Below the pieces are notes generated by a model. The model was given only the letters and a program-made list of their open reading frames with translations. It was not told the origin of the DNA and ran no database searches. The position numbers were made by a program, and so were the translations under genes. From assembly GCF_004010195.1 (NCBI RefSeq), contig NC_057749.1, forward strand, positions 25,087,248 to 25,151,247: a DNA stretch of 64,000 bases. Direction: 5' to 3'. The stretch comes from Chiloscyllium plagiosum (lineage: Eukaryota). The number at the start of each line of letters is the position of its first letter. Positions within the stretch are counted from its first letter, which is position 1. Below are positions 1 to 13,853 of this stretch, piece by piece.

Positions 1-768
1 ATTAAGCTTAGCAGATAACTGGTGCTTGCAACTGGGAGCTAACTCCTCCCAGGAATAGTCTTAAAGATCCCTCTAGCCTGATATAATTTTGTCAGCTAAC
101 CCTTTTTAGTTACTAGCTTATAGAAATAGAATGGTTTGAAAATCTTCATTGACATGCACAAACAGTACAGCTTAATGTACTCCACTGAATGTGAATGGGG
201 CACATTGCAGATTCTCTCTAGTCCCATAGTATCTGTGGAGGATACTTTGGGTGAGTGACCTGGGATATGCTTTAATTGGATCAGTGTTAAATATCTCCCT
301 GTCTGCAGATGCAAACTCTCATTTTCTCATGTCTGACAGTGTTTTTCTTCAGTCTCCTTCAGCGTTTCTGTTCTTTGGAGAAAGCTAGAGGGTGAGGGAG
401 TGGGAAGAATAATTGTATGTAAGCAGGGGGAGGTTGCACAAACTGCAATTTCACTTCCTAAAATTACATGGAAAACCTATTTTACTTGCAGCTTCTGGTT
501 TTAAATAAATGTAACTTTGACAGATGGGACTTCAAACCTCTATTATTGCACCTATCAGGCAAAGGGTTGACTTTAGTCTTCAGGTTTTGCAGTTCCATGT
601 GAAAGCCAGGTTATAACTAGCAGAGCGCAAAGACCAGTTGATTTTTGATTTCAACTCACTGAAAGCTAGAAGCCGTTTAACACACGAAACTAATCTGCAT
701 GTAATTTGCATTTTAAATTTCCAGCATAAGTTACCTGACGCACTTTGTTTCCTCATTTTTATTTCCAG

Positions 769-831
769 CCAGTTGGCTTTGTTACATTTGACTGCAGAGT
801 GGGAGCAGAAGCAGCGAAGAATGCATTAAAT
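769..831 (+). CDS. RBPMS2: RBPMS2 internal coding exon (RRM RNP1 region), PVGFVTFDCRVGAEAAKNALN
   Basis: Polypyrimidine tract + ttccAG acceptor, GTAAGT donor at 832, 63 nt phase 0/0. Peptide matches the RBPMS-family RRM segment PVGFV.FD.R..AEAAKNALN. Confidence 0.95.
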
Positions 832-1218
832 GTAAGTATTATACAGCATGTAACTGCATCCCTTTTAATGGGTGCATTCACAATTCAAGAAGGAAAAGAC
901 TAATTTATTTCTTCATGCTTTCCATTTTTTTGGAGTACTGCTGGCAAACAAATTAATTTGCCTGGCTTCTCACAAGAAGTAAAATGGTAACCTCCCTCCA
1001 GTGTTATTAGAATGTCTTGAGGTTTTTGTTAAAATCTTCTGCTATAAGATGTTGGTGCAGATGCAGGCCATTCAGCACATCTCATTTCTCTTTTCTTCCC
1101 ACCCTCTTTTAGTAAACTTCTTTTTTGTTTCAATCAGCGTCTTGATGTTCTAACACCCATGGAGGGGGTGGGGCTTGAACCCTGGCTTTGACCATATCTG
1201 TACAACTCCTTAAGGGCA

Positions 1219-1365
1219 TACAGAGGAATCCCTATTGTGTGAAGGACACGGGCAGGGAATATTTCGATCAGTTAATCGAATTCCAGATAATCAAATGTCG
1301 GATAACATAGTTTAGTCAAACATTCGGATCTTGAAATTTCACTGGATAATCGAGGTTGCAGTGTA
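1219..1365. mobile_element. Degenerate pogo/Tigger-like DNA transposon MITE
   Basis: TA-flanked ends TACAGAGGAATCCC ... GGATAATCGAGGTTGCAGTGTA; the same terminus recurs inverted at 19697-19711. Confidence 0.5.
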
Positions 1366-2137
1366 CTCTATACTGATGGGATGTTTACATAGGAATTGGA
1401 AGCGGGTGTAGGCACTTCAGTCTCTCGAGCCCACTCCCTCATTTAACATCTTATCCTGGTCTAAACTCCACTCCCCTGTCTGCTTCCCATAGGTCTTTGT
1501 TCCTTCAGTGTAAATGTTCGGTTTTGTTGTGATCCGGACTGACCAGTGCGAACCTAAATGCTGTTGCCTAGGGACTTGGTGTAGCCTCTAGCAGGTGTTG
1601 AATTGAGCAGATTGTCGTGTTCGGCCCCTGCTCACATTAGTCTTTTGACTGAGGCTGACATATTGGCAGTGGAAGTTGAAGGATGACTTCCTCCAGGCCC
1701 TCCTGGCTGCTGCCCAGGATCTGTGTGGTGAATAGATTGCAGTGCAGACTGTTGCTGAATTTCCCTGTAACTTCCCTGGAACAATCTCCCCAGTGAGTGT
1801 CACTTGTCGAAAATTTAACTGCTGTGTTTGCACTTAGAAATATCCAGTTGATGTGATGATCTTTGTGGGAAGATCATACAGCGCAAGAGGCTAATGGACA
1901 AGTTCTCAGATTAGTTATCCTCCTATCCTTTTTACAAAGCCCAAATCCCAACAAATATTTATCCAATTTTCTTTTATTGAATCTGTTTTGATCCTTTTTA
2001 GGTGATCTGTTCGTGTACAGACCATGACTTGCAGCATTGATCTTTTTCTTTCTCTCTCTCATTTGGTCATTTCTGATTCTTTAAATTTATATTCATCTGG
2101 GCTGCCATCCAATGCACTGGAAACAGCTTGTACTTTT

Positions 2138-2453
2138 TTACATTACATTACATTACAGTGTGGAAACAGGCCCTTCGGCCCAAGTCGTCCACACCGACCC
2201 GCCGAAGCGCAACCCACCCAGACCCATTCCCCCACATTTATCCCTTCACTTAACACTACAGGCAATTTACCATGGCCAATTCACCTAACCTGCACATTTT
2301 TGGACTGTGGGAGGAAACCGGAGCACCCGGAGGAAACCCACGCAGACACTGGGAGAATGTGCAAACTCCACACAGTCACCTGAGGTGGGAATTGAACCCC
2401 GGTCTCTGGCGCTGTGAGGCTGCAGTGCTAGCCACTGTGCCACCGTGCCGCCC
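2138..2453 (-). mobile_element. HE1-type tRNA-derived SINE, near full length
   Basis: On -: GGGCGGCACGGTGGCACAGTGGCTAGCAC (A box), GGTTCAATTCC (B box), CR1-like tail GAAGGGCCTGTTTCCACACTG(TAATG)n. Confidence 0.9.
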
Positions 2454-2855
2454 ACGCCGTACTCTTGCTATCCAAATTCTTTGTAACCTTTTTGAACACC
2501 TACCATTCTAATGAGTGATTTCAACTTCTATCATTTTTTCCACATTGACAGAAGTTCTTCATACCTGGTATCATTTCTAGTAAATCTCCTCTGTACCTTC
2601 CCCCAGACTGTGATATTCTTTTTGATCTGGGAGTTTTGAGACACCTTTGTTTGAGTCCTATTCTTTATTTCAAGCAGTAGTTGCCATTTGTTCTCAACTG
2701 AGTTTTTAGGCTTAAAGACCTGGGACGATTCTTATTGTAGCATTTTATTGGTCTTGACCCCATGTCCCATGTTCTTGTCTCTGCCCTCCTGGATCCTGGA
2801 AATCACCTGGTAGACTCACTTATCTTCCTCTGCAGCAAGACAGGCAGCACACAGA

Positions 2856-3920
2856 TTCGTAGAGAGGTACAGCGTAGAAACAGACCCTTTAGTCCAACTC
2901 AACCATGTGACCAGATATCCTAAATTAACCTAGTCCCATTTGCCAGCATTTGGGCCATATCCCTTGAAGCCCCCCTCATTCATGTACCCATTGAGATGCC
3001 TTTTTAAATATCCTCGGCACCTCATTCCATACGCACACCACCCTCTGTGTGAAAAGATTGCCCCTTTTGGGTTCCTTTTAAATCTTTTCCCCTTCACCTT
3101 AAACCTATGCCCTCTCTAGGTTGGGACTCCCACAAACCAGGGGCAAAGACCTTGTATGTTAACTCTTTCCACGCCCCTCGTGATTTTATAAACCTCTCTA
3201 AGGCCATCCCTCTGCCTCCGACATTCCAGCCTGTTCAGTCTCTCCCTGTAGCTCAGACCCTCCGACCCTGGCAACACCCTTGTAAATCTTTTCTGAACCC
3301 TTTTCAAGTTTCACGGTATCTCTTCAATAGGAGGGAGACCGGAATTGCACACAGTATTCCAAAAGTGGCCTAACCAATTTCCTGTACAGCCGCAACATGA
3401 CTTCCCAACTCCTGTACTCAATGCACTGACCAATAAAGGCAAGCATCCCGAACTCCTTCACTATCCTATCTATCTGCTAGTCCACTTTCAAGGAGCTATG
3501 AGCCTGCACTCCAAGGTCTCTATTCAGCAACCGTCCCTAGGACCTTACTATTGTGCATCAGTCCTGCCTTGATTTGCCTTTGCAAAATGCAGCACCTCAC
3601 CATTTACCTAAATTCAACTCCATCTGCCACTCCTCAGTCCATTGGCCCATCTAATTAAGATCCTGTTGTACTCTGAAGTAATCTTCTTTGTCGACTATAC
3701 TGCTGGTCACAGGCCTCCAATCTGAAAAGCAACACTCCACCACCACCATCTTCTACTTTCAAGCCAGTTCTGTATCCAAGTGGCTAGTTCTCCCTCCATT
3801 CCATGTGACCTAACCTTGCTAACCAGTCTCCCATGGGGAACCTTGTCAAATGCCTTACTGAAGTCCATATAGATCACCTCCACTGCTCTGACTTCATCAA
3901 TCCTCTGTTATCACTTCAAA
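2856..3920 (-). mobile_element. CR1/HER1-type LINE 3' fragment, decayed
   Basis: RVQKRFTRVLPG..GLSYRERLNRL ORF2 C-terminal relic, RT relic and CR1 3' tail. Confidence 0.9.
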
Positions 3921-5094
3921 AATCTGCGCAGTTTCCTTTCAGGTCCAGAGATACATACTTACTTTTGGGTGCTCCTCCAAGCCAATTATTGTACAAGTCC
4001 CTTTTTTAGAAATGGGATGGCATTGCTTTAGTTAGACTTTCAAACTGATTTCTTGCTTCCCTACCCCTCCCCTCTCAGGAATGAACAAAGCACAATTCCC
4101 TTTACATTGACTTTTGATCTTGTTCCTGTGGAGAGACACTGATAATAGGCATGTCCAGTTCCATTCTTCTCTGCTCCTGTCATAACTTGGAATGTTTTGT
4201 TGTGTTAAGTGTTTTACATAACTACGAGGTCAGATTTTGAATGAAGGAAGTACCATTTTAGATATTGTCAGTGATTCCGACCTGTTAACCTATGGCCCAT
4301 TTTAAAAAAGAATATGAAGCACAAAGTGCTCAGGTTCTTGCATGCTAAATTGTGGCTGAGTCTGAACATATCACTGGCATCTAGCCTCTATCCTTGGTAT
4401 GAGATGCTTGCCATTTTTGCCTTGGCACTTTACAGAAATCAATATGGAGTTTAACTTCAGGACATTACCTCTGATATTCCATTGGAACTCTCACCCTGGC
4501 TATCCTGTTTGTCTTTTTGACCCTGCTCTCAGCAGAGCAGATACATTTTCTCCTTTTCCATGTCCTAGCATTTGCACCTATTTTAAGTCTCTCTCTGTCC
4601 TTTTACCACCATTAGCACTCACTTTGTCTTTTGCTTTGGGAGCCCTCCATCTGTTTCAATTTTCCCTGGGCCTTTCCAGAGAAGAGTCTTAGCCTCTCCA
4701 TTTTCTTTCCCCACAGATATTGGCAGATTTTCTTACCTTGCCCTAGAGTTTTTTATTTAAAAATCTGTTTCCCTTGATTTTTAAATTGTGGCAATGCAGA
4801 ATTTTTCTTGAATGTATCTTTTGTCCAGCCTTTAGTGTAGGTGAACCCCTCATTTGATCATGACCAGCAACTATTTTCATTTGCCACATGGGTAGACAAC
4901 TCTGTTGTGCTTGGGGTCTACCGGTGTTGTTTTCAGAACCTTGTATTCTCAAGACTCCTTGTTGCTGCAGAAGTGGGTATTGATAGTGCAAAGTGTTGCA
5001 CAAGAGTCCCTAAGCAAATGTAGACTGACAACTGAACAAGGAGTACCAATGTAAGTGTGGCTAAGTGGGAAACTCAAATGAGAAGCAGTGTTCG

Positions 5095-5370
5095 TTGAAT
5101 CCCTACAGTGTGGAAATAGGCCATTTACCCAACAAGTCCACACTGACCCTCAGTATTCCATCAGACCCATTCCCCTACTTGTCCACACTTACCCCTGACT
5201 AATGCACCTAACTTACACATCCCTGAACACTACATGCAATTTAGCATGGTCAATACCTGACCTGTACATCTTTAGATTGTGAGAGGAAACCCATGCAGGC
5301 ACAAGCAGTCACTTGAGGCTGGAATCGAACCCAGGTCCCTGGCAGCAGTGTTAACCACTGAGCACTGCCA
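5095..5370 (-). mobile_element. HE1-type SINE, diverged
   Basis: Similarity to the other copies (GGCAATTTAGCATGG core, GTGGAAA.AGG tail). Confidence 0.8.
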
Positions 5371-6809
5371 GTGTTCTATTTGTTACTGTTCAATGTACAT
5401 ATAGCTTCTGCCATTGGATTCAATGCAAAGTGGGAATTGTTAACACAACACAACTCAAACTTTTTAAGTCTGTGCGCAGCTTTCAAGTGGCGTTACAATC
5501 ATCAATATAATCATTTTCTAACTTCCTTTGGAAGGAGTACCTGTTTGTTTACTGAGCACATCTGGATATTATGTCAGCCAAGGGCTTTCTGAATACAATT
5601 GCCAATTTGCTAAGAATCAACCTGTTACTTTGCTTGGCTCTTGACCTATATCAGGTTGCTATTCCAACCTCCCCCTCACTTGAGTGCTTCACTGGAATGC
5701 AACGTTTGTTTTGATTTTTGACCTCTGGATGGGAACTAAAGGCTAATGAGAGGAATCATGTGCATCGTTCTTGTGGCCAACTTTCCTGAAACTTCAGAGT
5801 TGTAGGTTGTTTGAGCTGCTTTTCTCTGCGCTAATCCCAAAGCAGTCAGTCAGCTGTGAAGGGTTTAGTGCAACATGCATCTAGCAAATCATTTTTCAGT
5901 GTGCTGTCATTTTAGGCATCCTCTCAAATCAGTTTGTTTTCCTGGTATGTCTCTGCACACCATAATGTTATAAGGTTGCATGCACACATTGCTACAATAT
6001 TTTGACTTAGATCAGAAGTGATCTCTGATCTCATGCCACCAGCATTATAGGTCTTTCTAAGTGGTCATCTTGATATCTTCACATCTGATTGAATGCCTCC
6101 AGGCACGATGGGGATGAAGAACAAACTGCTTGCAACCATCGATGTCGAAACCATTTCACCAGGAAAGGCTGGACAAGCAAGAAATTTAGCCAGCATCCTG
6201 TCCTATTAGGATCTACAATCGCAGCCTGTAGTGTATTTTAGGTGGTAGAAGGCAATTCTTTGACCAGACTCTGTTTCAAGAGGGTGGTAATTTGCTTGCT
6301 TGAATTACAAGTTTTATTTGAATTTGCTCTGTCCATTTTCTTTTTTTTAACAGAATGTTGACTTGAGAATATCGCCTAAGTTGTAGGAATAGTCCATTTT
6401 GGATGCTTTTGATTGACGTCTTCCTTCAGAAGCATTTTAAAAATGTGCTCAGTTGCAAATCGGTTTTGCTTAATGTAACTCTGCTGTTGGTATAAATGGA
6501 GTGGGACCTCCCTTTTATTGATATTGATAAAACTGGCCTTCAGTTGTTGGCATATCCCACTGGTTTGAGGTTTAGCTCTGAACCAAATGTGGTACATAAC
6601 TTCCTAATCCTCCTCATAATCTATTTAACCTCCTGTTTTAATACCTTTTTTAGAATGTGCTGTCTGAAATGTTGTGGGTAACATTCAATGTTTTTTGGAA
6701 AAAAAATAATGTTCTATGGTAATGTTTGATCTTGGAGGGAAAAAAATCCCTTTTGTCTTTGACAGACACACGTGTCTAATTTTACAACTCCTGATGTGGA
6801 TTTGAATTC

Positions 6810-6955
6810 TCAAGCTTTTTGAGTACAGTTCCTTCACCAGGTGAAGATGCGCAGCTCTGGAAACCTGAGATTTCAAATAAACCTGCCTGACTATAACCTG
6901 TGACTTCTGACTCGATCCACCCCAGTCCCACACCGGCACCTCCACATCATAGATT
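6810..6955 (+). mobile_element. Penelope-derived short element with degenerate hammerhead
   Basis: AAATAAACCTG..GACTATAACCTG...CACCCCAGTCC.ACACCGGCACCTCCACATCAT shared with the terminal parts of the Penelope copies at 57560-57650 and 59290-59390. Confidence 0.6.
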
Positions 6956-7052
6956 TGAACTGTCAAACTCCAAAAGTTCAAAGTTGCTATTGGGTTTGGA
7001 GGCTTAATGAAGTTGATGAGTTGAGACGCTGTGCTTGTTCCCGTTCCTGTAG

Positions 7053-7203
7053 GGCATTCGGTTTGATCCTGAAAATCCTCAAACTCTCCGGTTGGAATTT
7101 GCAAAGGCAAACACGAAGATGGCTAAAAGCAAACTGATGGCGACACCTAACCCCACAAATATGCACCCTGCCTTGGGAGCACACTTCATAGCACGGGACC
7201 CCT
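7053..7203 (+). CDS. RBPMS2: RBPMS2 internal coding exon, [50 protein letters not shown](Y)
   Basis: cctgtAG acceptor, GTAAGT donor at 7204, 151 nt phase 0/1. [16 protein letters not shown] and [13 protein letters not shown] are RBPMS2-type rather than RBPMS-type. Confidence 0.97.
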
Positions 7204-7759
7204 GTAAGTACATTGTTTTGATTCTTGCCTCCAGGTGACTCTTCAGGCTATGTTTGAAATACTTGCATTGATCTTAACAAGGACATAAACCATGAGGACT
7301 GCTTCCAGCATTACAGAGAGCAACTTGTGTGGCATTAATTGGAGTAATGCGTTGCATCGATATTTGTGTCATGGCGGGGAAATTTTAAGGAGCGTTCATC
7401 TTTGTTTCCACCCTTTTAGGTCCCCACTGCTGTGTCCCTCCACCACGCTTCCTCCAGCCGCTAGGATGGGATGCTGATCACGGATTTCTCCAAGGCCCGT
7501 CAGTACCACCCCACATGTGGCCGAGAGGTGGGCTTCTGTTGTGGTGGACTGGGTGCTCTCAGTTTAAAACTCCCTCCTCCAACCCCTATTCCCTCGTGGC
7601 CCACCCACCTCACCCTCGCCAAAACCTCTATTCTGTCTGAAGGTGGCACACTTTGCTCGAACACTCTATATCCTCTAGAATAGCTTGAAGTGTTGAAATT
7701 TCCCAGTGGTCAAGTGACCAACTCAAACCAGTCCTTGAATGGAAACCATGTTGCTTGAA

Positions 7760-8650
7760 TGTACAGTATGGAAACAGACCTATTGGTCCAACGCCTCTTT
7801 GCCAACCAGATATCCTAAACTGATCTAATCCTATTTGCCAGCATATCTCCCCTCATTCCTTCCTATTCATGTACCCATTCAGATGCCTTTTAAATGCTGT
7901 AATTGTACCAGCCTCTACCACTTCCTCTGGCAGCCCATTCCATACAAGCACCACCCTCTGCATGAAAAGATTGTCCCTTAGGTCCTTTTTTAAATCTTGC
8001 CCCTCTTGCCTTAAACCCATGCCCTCTAGCTTTGGGCTCCCCTACCCTGGGCAAAAAGACCTTGCTTGTTCACCCTATCCGTGCCCTTCATGATTTTATA
8101 AACCTCTATAAGGTCACCCCTCAACTTCCAACATTCCAGGGAAATAGCCCCAGCCCATTTGGCCCCTCTCTATGGTTCAAACACTCCAACACTGGCAGCA
8201 CCCTTCAATCTTTTCTGCCCCCTTTTCAAGTTTCACGACATCTTTCCCATAGCAGGGAGGCCAGAATTGAACGCAGTATTCCAACAGTGGCCTAACTAAT
8301 GTCCTGTTCAGCTGCAACATGACCTCCCAGCTCCTATACTCAATGCACTGATCAAGAAAGGCAAGTTTGCCAAATGCAGTCTTCACTACCTTGTCTGCCT
8401 GTGACTCTACTTGCAAGGAATTATGAACCTGCACTCCAAGTCTTTATTTGACAGCACTCCCCAGGACCTTTACCATGAAGTGTATAAGTCCTACCCTGTT
8501 TTGCCTTCCTAAAATGCATTTATCTAAATTAAACTCCATCTGCCACTCCTCTGCCCATTGGCCCATCTGATCAAGATTCAGTTGCATTTTGAGGTAGCCT
8601 CCTTTGCTGTCCTCTACACCTCCCAGTTTTGGTATCATCTGCAAACCTAC
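7760..8650 (-). mobile_element. CR1-type LINE 3' fragment
   Basis: [14 protein letters not shown] and QWAEEWQMEFN relics in the - strand ORFs. Confidence 0.9.
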
Positions 8651-10430
8651 TATACTTCAAACATTCAGTACTAGCAACATGTGAACTCTATCTCTACATG
8701 ACAGATTGTTTCTTGGATAGTTGAAGCATTAGTTTTATGATCCATATTACAGGAATGGCAAACTGTACTGCTATCATCACATGCAATAATGATTTATTTC
8801 CCAAGCCTCTGCCAGAAAGCATGCCGTTAGTCACCAATTCCCTCGTACCTTGTCCAAAGTGTTGCTGAACCCAAACAATGTTGACAGTATGACGGGGGAG
8901 AATTGTACACGGTGCCAAGTGCCCGACCAACTTGATTTTCTGAAGTGATTAGGACCAAAGGCTTGAATTTTTGTCTGAAAAATACTTCTCATGGAGAGGA
9001 TGCTTTTAACCATGCAAACAGCACTTCAATCCCAGGGCCTCTTGGTATGTGGATTATTGCTAACTGGTGATCTTGGGTGCTTCCAGCAGTTCTGTGCTTT
9101 CTTTTGAGTAAGTCTCTAATTGCTCATTAGATTAAAGCAGCAAGACTGATGTTAAAACTCAAGAGTTTTTAACCCATCAATAAAAAGATCCAACTTTGCA
9201 CTTTATATGGATAACTTTATATGTTTCTGCTGTCTGCCAAAGAACCAGGGGCTAATCACCCTGGAACTGATCCTCTGTGAGGGAAGTGTTCCAGTGGAGT
9301 TGCATTTTGTGGTGGCCATAATTGTCAGCATTCATGACCTGCAGTGTCACCTGACTCTTGATCTATCAAACAGGAAGAGCTCTCTTTCCTCCCCCCAGGC
9401 CTAATGTGTGATTGCTCTTGTACTTCCTAGATTTGAGGTAATCAGCATCCCTGATAGGAAAACACATTCCTCCCCATCGTCCCTCAAATGTGGATTCTAT
9501 TTTGCATTTGTTTAGAATGTTTGTTGGATTACACTCCAATCGTGAGAAGTCAAATGCAGTCTTGACTGAGCCAACAGTCTGATTTTTAGAAGTGCTGGGA
9601 GGAAATCAAAGACCAGCTTTGTCACCCTTTTTTGATTTGGATTCGTCAATAGGTTATTAATTATGATTATAAGCAGCAAGTTTTGCTTTGTATTGGATTT
9701 CCGAGGCAAAGCATCTTTGCCGATGCACTTGAACATCAAGGCAGTACGGTTAATGTGATTTGTTTTGCACCTGTATTCTACTAGATGTCAATGTAGTGCA
9801 GCCAAGTTGCTGATTCTCCGCCTTGCTGCCCAGCAGCCCCCCCCCCCCCCCCGACCACATCCCTCATGGCCTGACCCTTGACAGAGAGGCATTGGACTGT
9901 CAGTGACTCAGTGGGTGAGACACCTAGGGCTGCCTTACAGAGGTGCTTAATCAATGGATTCACTTTGGGCTGCGTGATTGAAGTTTTTTTTAAGGGTGAA
10001 GCCATTACGCAAGACTGTGACATTGTTGGCGGTGACCCATGAGGCCGTTCCTGCAGTTTGTGGCAACAAATGCAGTCCCTCTGAAGGGATGAGTAATCCG
10101 TTCAGTCCCTCCAGTGTATTCTGCCATTCCATTAGACCATGACCAATCTCTCAGTCTCAACATACCCACTTATAGGATGATGTGTTAGCCATCCTTCCGG
10201 TGATGGTCTGTAGTACTTGATCAAGCCAGGAAACCGATCGTAGTCCCAGCCATAGCTGTCCATTGACACAGCTGCCCTTCTGAAGGGCCTTTAGGACTGA
10301 GAACCTCTTTTTCTGGAGAAGCCACGTCTGAGACTGGCACCCCCAACCAATGGGGAGCCTATTGCTATTCTGCCTAGAAACCAGTCCCTAATTTGGCTTG
10401 TTCATCAAAATTGCATCAAGCCCCAGACTT

Positions 10431-10790
10431 TGGCAGCACAGTGGCTAGCACCGTAGCCTCTTGGTGCCAGGGACCTGGGTTCAATATCACCCTCTGGTGA
10501 CTCTGCAAACTCCCCACACACATTCTCCCTGTGTCTGCATGGGTTTCCTTTGGATGCTCTGGTTTTTTTTCCATAATCCAAATAAATGCAGATTAGGTGG
10601 ATTAGCAATGCTAAATTGCCCATAGTGTCCAGGGATATGCAGGTTAGGTGGGCTAGCCATGAGAAAATACAGGGTTACAAGGGTTGGGTCACAGGCTGTG
10701 TTGGGTTGGGGAGCTCTTTGAGGGGTCAGTGCAGACTTGGAGTCAAACGGCCTCTTTCTGCACTGTAAGAATCATCTGTGATTCTATGAC
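10431..10790 (+). mobile_element. HE1-type SINE, diverged
   Basis: GCACAGTGGCTAGCAC head and GCTAAATTGCCCATAGTG core. Confidence 0.8.
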
Positions 10791-11494
10791 TCTGATCTTG
10801 ACATGCATCAAACAGTCCAGGTCCTGACTCCTGAACAAAAACCACTTGTATTTTTGGTTGCACACACTAGACGACAATTCCTGACATTTTAGGTGAGCTA
10901 TGGGCATGTAGGAAATTGCAAACCAAGGAACGACTTTTTAAATTGGCACGCTAACAGCCAGTTAGCACTGTTGGCACAAACTCAATATTTGCAAACCTGA
11001 TATTCCTGTCTCCCACCTGTTGCAGTTAATGAAGGCAACTGACACCAAGATTGTGCTTCATAAACTCTGAATTGATGCTGACTTAGTTATTGAGCACAAA
11101 TTTGCCTGCTGTCTCTTTAATCTGCAAAATCCCCATTGTGTTAAGCCAGTTCTGAGTAACGTTACACAGATGAGCTGGTAATTTTAAATGTTTCCAATCT
11201 GGAATAGGAAATGTTCAGAAATTTTCCAGCAGTTTTTCTAACAGATGAACAGAAAAATGAATGATCTGTGAAAACAAAAGATTGCTGTGAAAACTCTGCA
11301 GGTTTGGCAGCATCAGTGGAGAGAAAGTTAATATTTTTGAATCTGGCGATCCTTGCGGAACTCCAAATTCATCTATTGTTTTAATCAGCTTGGCAATGAC
11401 ACACAAATGCTTTTGCTTTGAACGTGGGGTTAACTATGAACCAAATGTTGAACAGGGAGAAAGTTCCTGTCCAGGCTGCCTTTTGGTTTTGAGG

Positions 11495-11960
11495 CTACAG
11501 TGGCCTCAGGATATAGGATGTTGCCATGCTTGGAGGATTTGAGCAAAAGGGAGAGGCAGAATAGGCTGGGGCTGTTTTTTCACTGGAGCGTCTGAGATTG
11601 AGGGGTGACCTTAGAAATTTATAAAATAATGAGGGGCATGAATAGGGTGAATAGACAGGTCTCTGCCCTGGGGTGGGGGAGTCCAAAGCTAAAGAGTTGA
11701 GGGTGAGGGGGGAAAGATTAAAAAGGGGACCTAAGCTGCAACTTTTCGCACAGTGGTGTGTTATGGAATGAGCTGCCAGAGGAAGTGGTAGAGGCTGGTA
11801 CAATTGCAGTATTTCATAGACCTCTGATGGGTATATGAATAGGAAGGGTTTAGAGGAATATGGGCTAATTACTGGCAAAAGGACTAGACTAATTTAGGAT
11901 ATCTGGTCAGCATGGATGAGTTGGACTGAAGGGTTTGTCTCCGTGCTGTACATCTCTATG
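11495..11960 (+). mobile_element. CR1-type LINE 3' end
   Basis: Matches the 3' ~500 bp of the 23975-26560 copy, including the tail TGCTGTACATCTCTATGA. Confidence 0.85.
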
Positions 11961-12119
11961 AATGGTTATTGGTAAGATGAACTTTGAAGAAAACTGGAAT
12001 TAACCTACATTTTTCAACGGTCCAATCATCTGTGAGCATTAGCCTGAACATCTAGCAACAAAAAAATGGCTGTTGGATGTATTGAAGCTTTTGCTGTCCC
12101 TTGTAGATAATCGTCTCTC

Positions 12120-12874
12120 CATGTTTAGTTACAAAACATCAGACATCAAAATACTGGAAGCCACTGAGTTCCATCTGGTGGAAACTCAAAACTCTATTGG
12201 TTGGCTTTAGGCTGAGACAGTTATGGAGGTGTCCTGTACCTTTTTGAGTTGAATGACTTTGCAAGCATAGTGCTGGAGAATTTACAGTGTATCATTTGGT
12301 TGAGCAGCTAGCAGTACTTGGATTGCTATGAGACCACATTCAAATCTGGCCAATCAGTTTAAATTCTGCCCCAAGATACTAAACTCCAATCAAGTTTGGC
12401 TTTAATATGATCAAAATACCAAATTCAGTGGAACGATCTGATGCTTTGGGGTATAAATATTAAACAAATTGAACAGTTGGAGGAGAACTGCCAAGCCACC
12501 ACCACTTGCAGACTGCCCGCAGAATAGCTCTCAAAGGTACCTTTATCTATCAACGACCTGTGAAACAGAAACCCTAAGACGACAAGCTGACAGAAGAAGG
12601 TATAAAGAAGATTCGACAGCTGGCCAGTTTTGAAATTTGAATTTTTTTAGTAAATCTTTAATTGGGGGTTTTATTGGACAAGTATTATAGAAGGCACAAT
12701 GAGAGGTTACAGAAAGGAGTTGTAAATTGTGGTTGATTAATTATTAGACGTTTTTAAAAAAAATTAATTTTTTACTTTAGTGACCTTTTGGAATAGTTCT
12801 TTTCCTCAAATTTTAACACGGGTTAAAACATTTATTGCTGGTTTCAATTGGGGTTTTTTCCTCATGTCGCAACA
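12120..12874 (+). mobile_element. Possible solo LTR-like element (5' end uncertain)
   Basis: Ends GGGTTTTTTCCTCATGTCGCAACA, an LTR-like ...CA terminus; compositionally similar tract at ~34600-35276. No internal coding evidence. Confidence 0.3.
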
Positions 12875-13523
12875 CAGTTTATATCTTGGTATATTCTAGG
12901 GAGGAGAGACTTGTGTACAAATGTCCTAAATCCTGGTTTCCATTTACTTGTGTGCACAGGTTGTGTTCTTGTCACCTTTCTTTAGTGTTTTGCTATAAAC
13001 TTCCACACGTCAATGAATAAATCCGCAAGTTATCAAGTAAAAAGCAAAGATTAAGAGGGGATGCAAGAGCAAAATGTTTTTCAAATGTTGAGAGTCGTGG
13101 AAATCTGGAACTCGCTGCCTGTAAGGATGGTAGAGGCCTAAAATCTCAACACTGAGGAATTCTTTAGATTTCTTCTGTGTTTATTGCCCATCCCTAATTG
13201 CCCAGAGGACTGTTGGGGATGGGCACTAAATGCTGGTCCAGCCAGTGACACCCTTGTCCCATGAATGAACTACTTTTTTAAAAAAAAAGTATTAATGTCA
13301 AGGCTCCACCACTGGCCCAAAATGGGTTTAGAAGAGTTAGGTGGTGGTTTTTGACTGACTCAAGGGCCGCCCTCTGTGAATCTCTGACCAAGTCAAGTTA
13401 CCTGTTTGGACTTGAACCCTGTGTTACATCTCTCTGGAGTCTCGATGTACTGTTGACGTTTGTGGCCTTCTTCCCTTCCGAGGTCGACTGGACTAAACCC
13501 GCGACTCTGTTCTTGTGTTTCAG

Positions 13524-13672
13524 ACGACCTTGCAGGAACAGCACTGATCCCTGCATCTCCAGAGGCCTGGGCTCCCTATCCACTGTACACAACAGAGCTG
13601 ACCCCTGCCATTCCACATACTGCGTTCACCTACCCTGCTGCTGCAGCTGCAGCTGCCGCACTTCACGCTCAG
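13524..13672 (+). CDS. RBPMS2: RBPMS2 internal coding exon, (Y)[49 protein letters not shown]
   Basis: tttcAG acceptor, CAG|GTAACT donor, 149 nt phase 1/0. Joins in frame with the previous exon (T+AC=Tyr). The [24 protein letters not shown] motif and poly-Ala are RBPMS2-type. Confidence 0.97.
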
Positions 13673-13775
13673 GTAACTAACGGTAGCTGTGTCAGCAACC
13701 GAGCACTCCCAGCACTTCTCTGCACAGGTCCTGATTTCTTCCTTGGAGTCTGATTTTTAGTTTTGTTTTGTTCTG

Positions 13776-13802
13776 CCTCCCTCTCCCTCTCTCTCTCCCT
13801 CT

Positions 13803-13836
<34 letters not shown>

Positions 13837-13853
13837 CCTCCCCCTCCCCCTCT
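13776..13853. repeat. (CT)n/poly-C pyrimidine microsatellite
   Basis: Directly visible, ~100 nt downstream of the 13672 donor. Confidence 0.9.

Noticed and set aside
2272..2511. Recurring MANSP(D/N)LHIFGLWEE ORFs as a gene family
   Set aside because: They are antisense translations of HE1 SINE copies.
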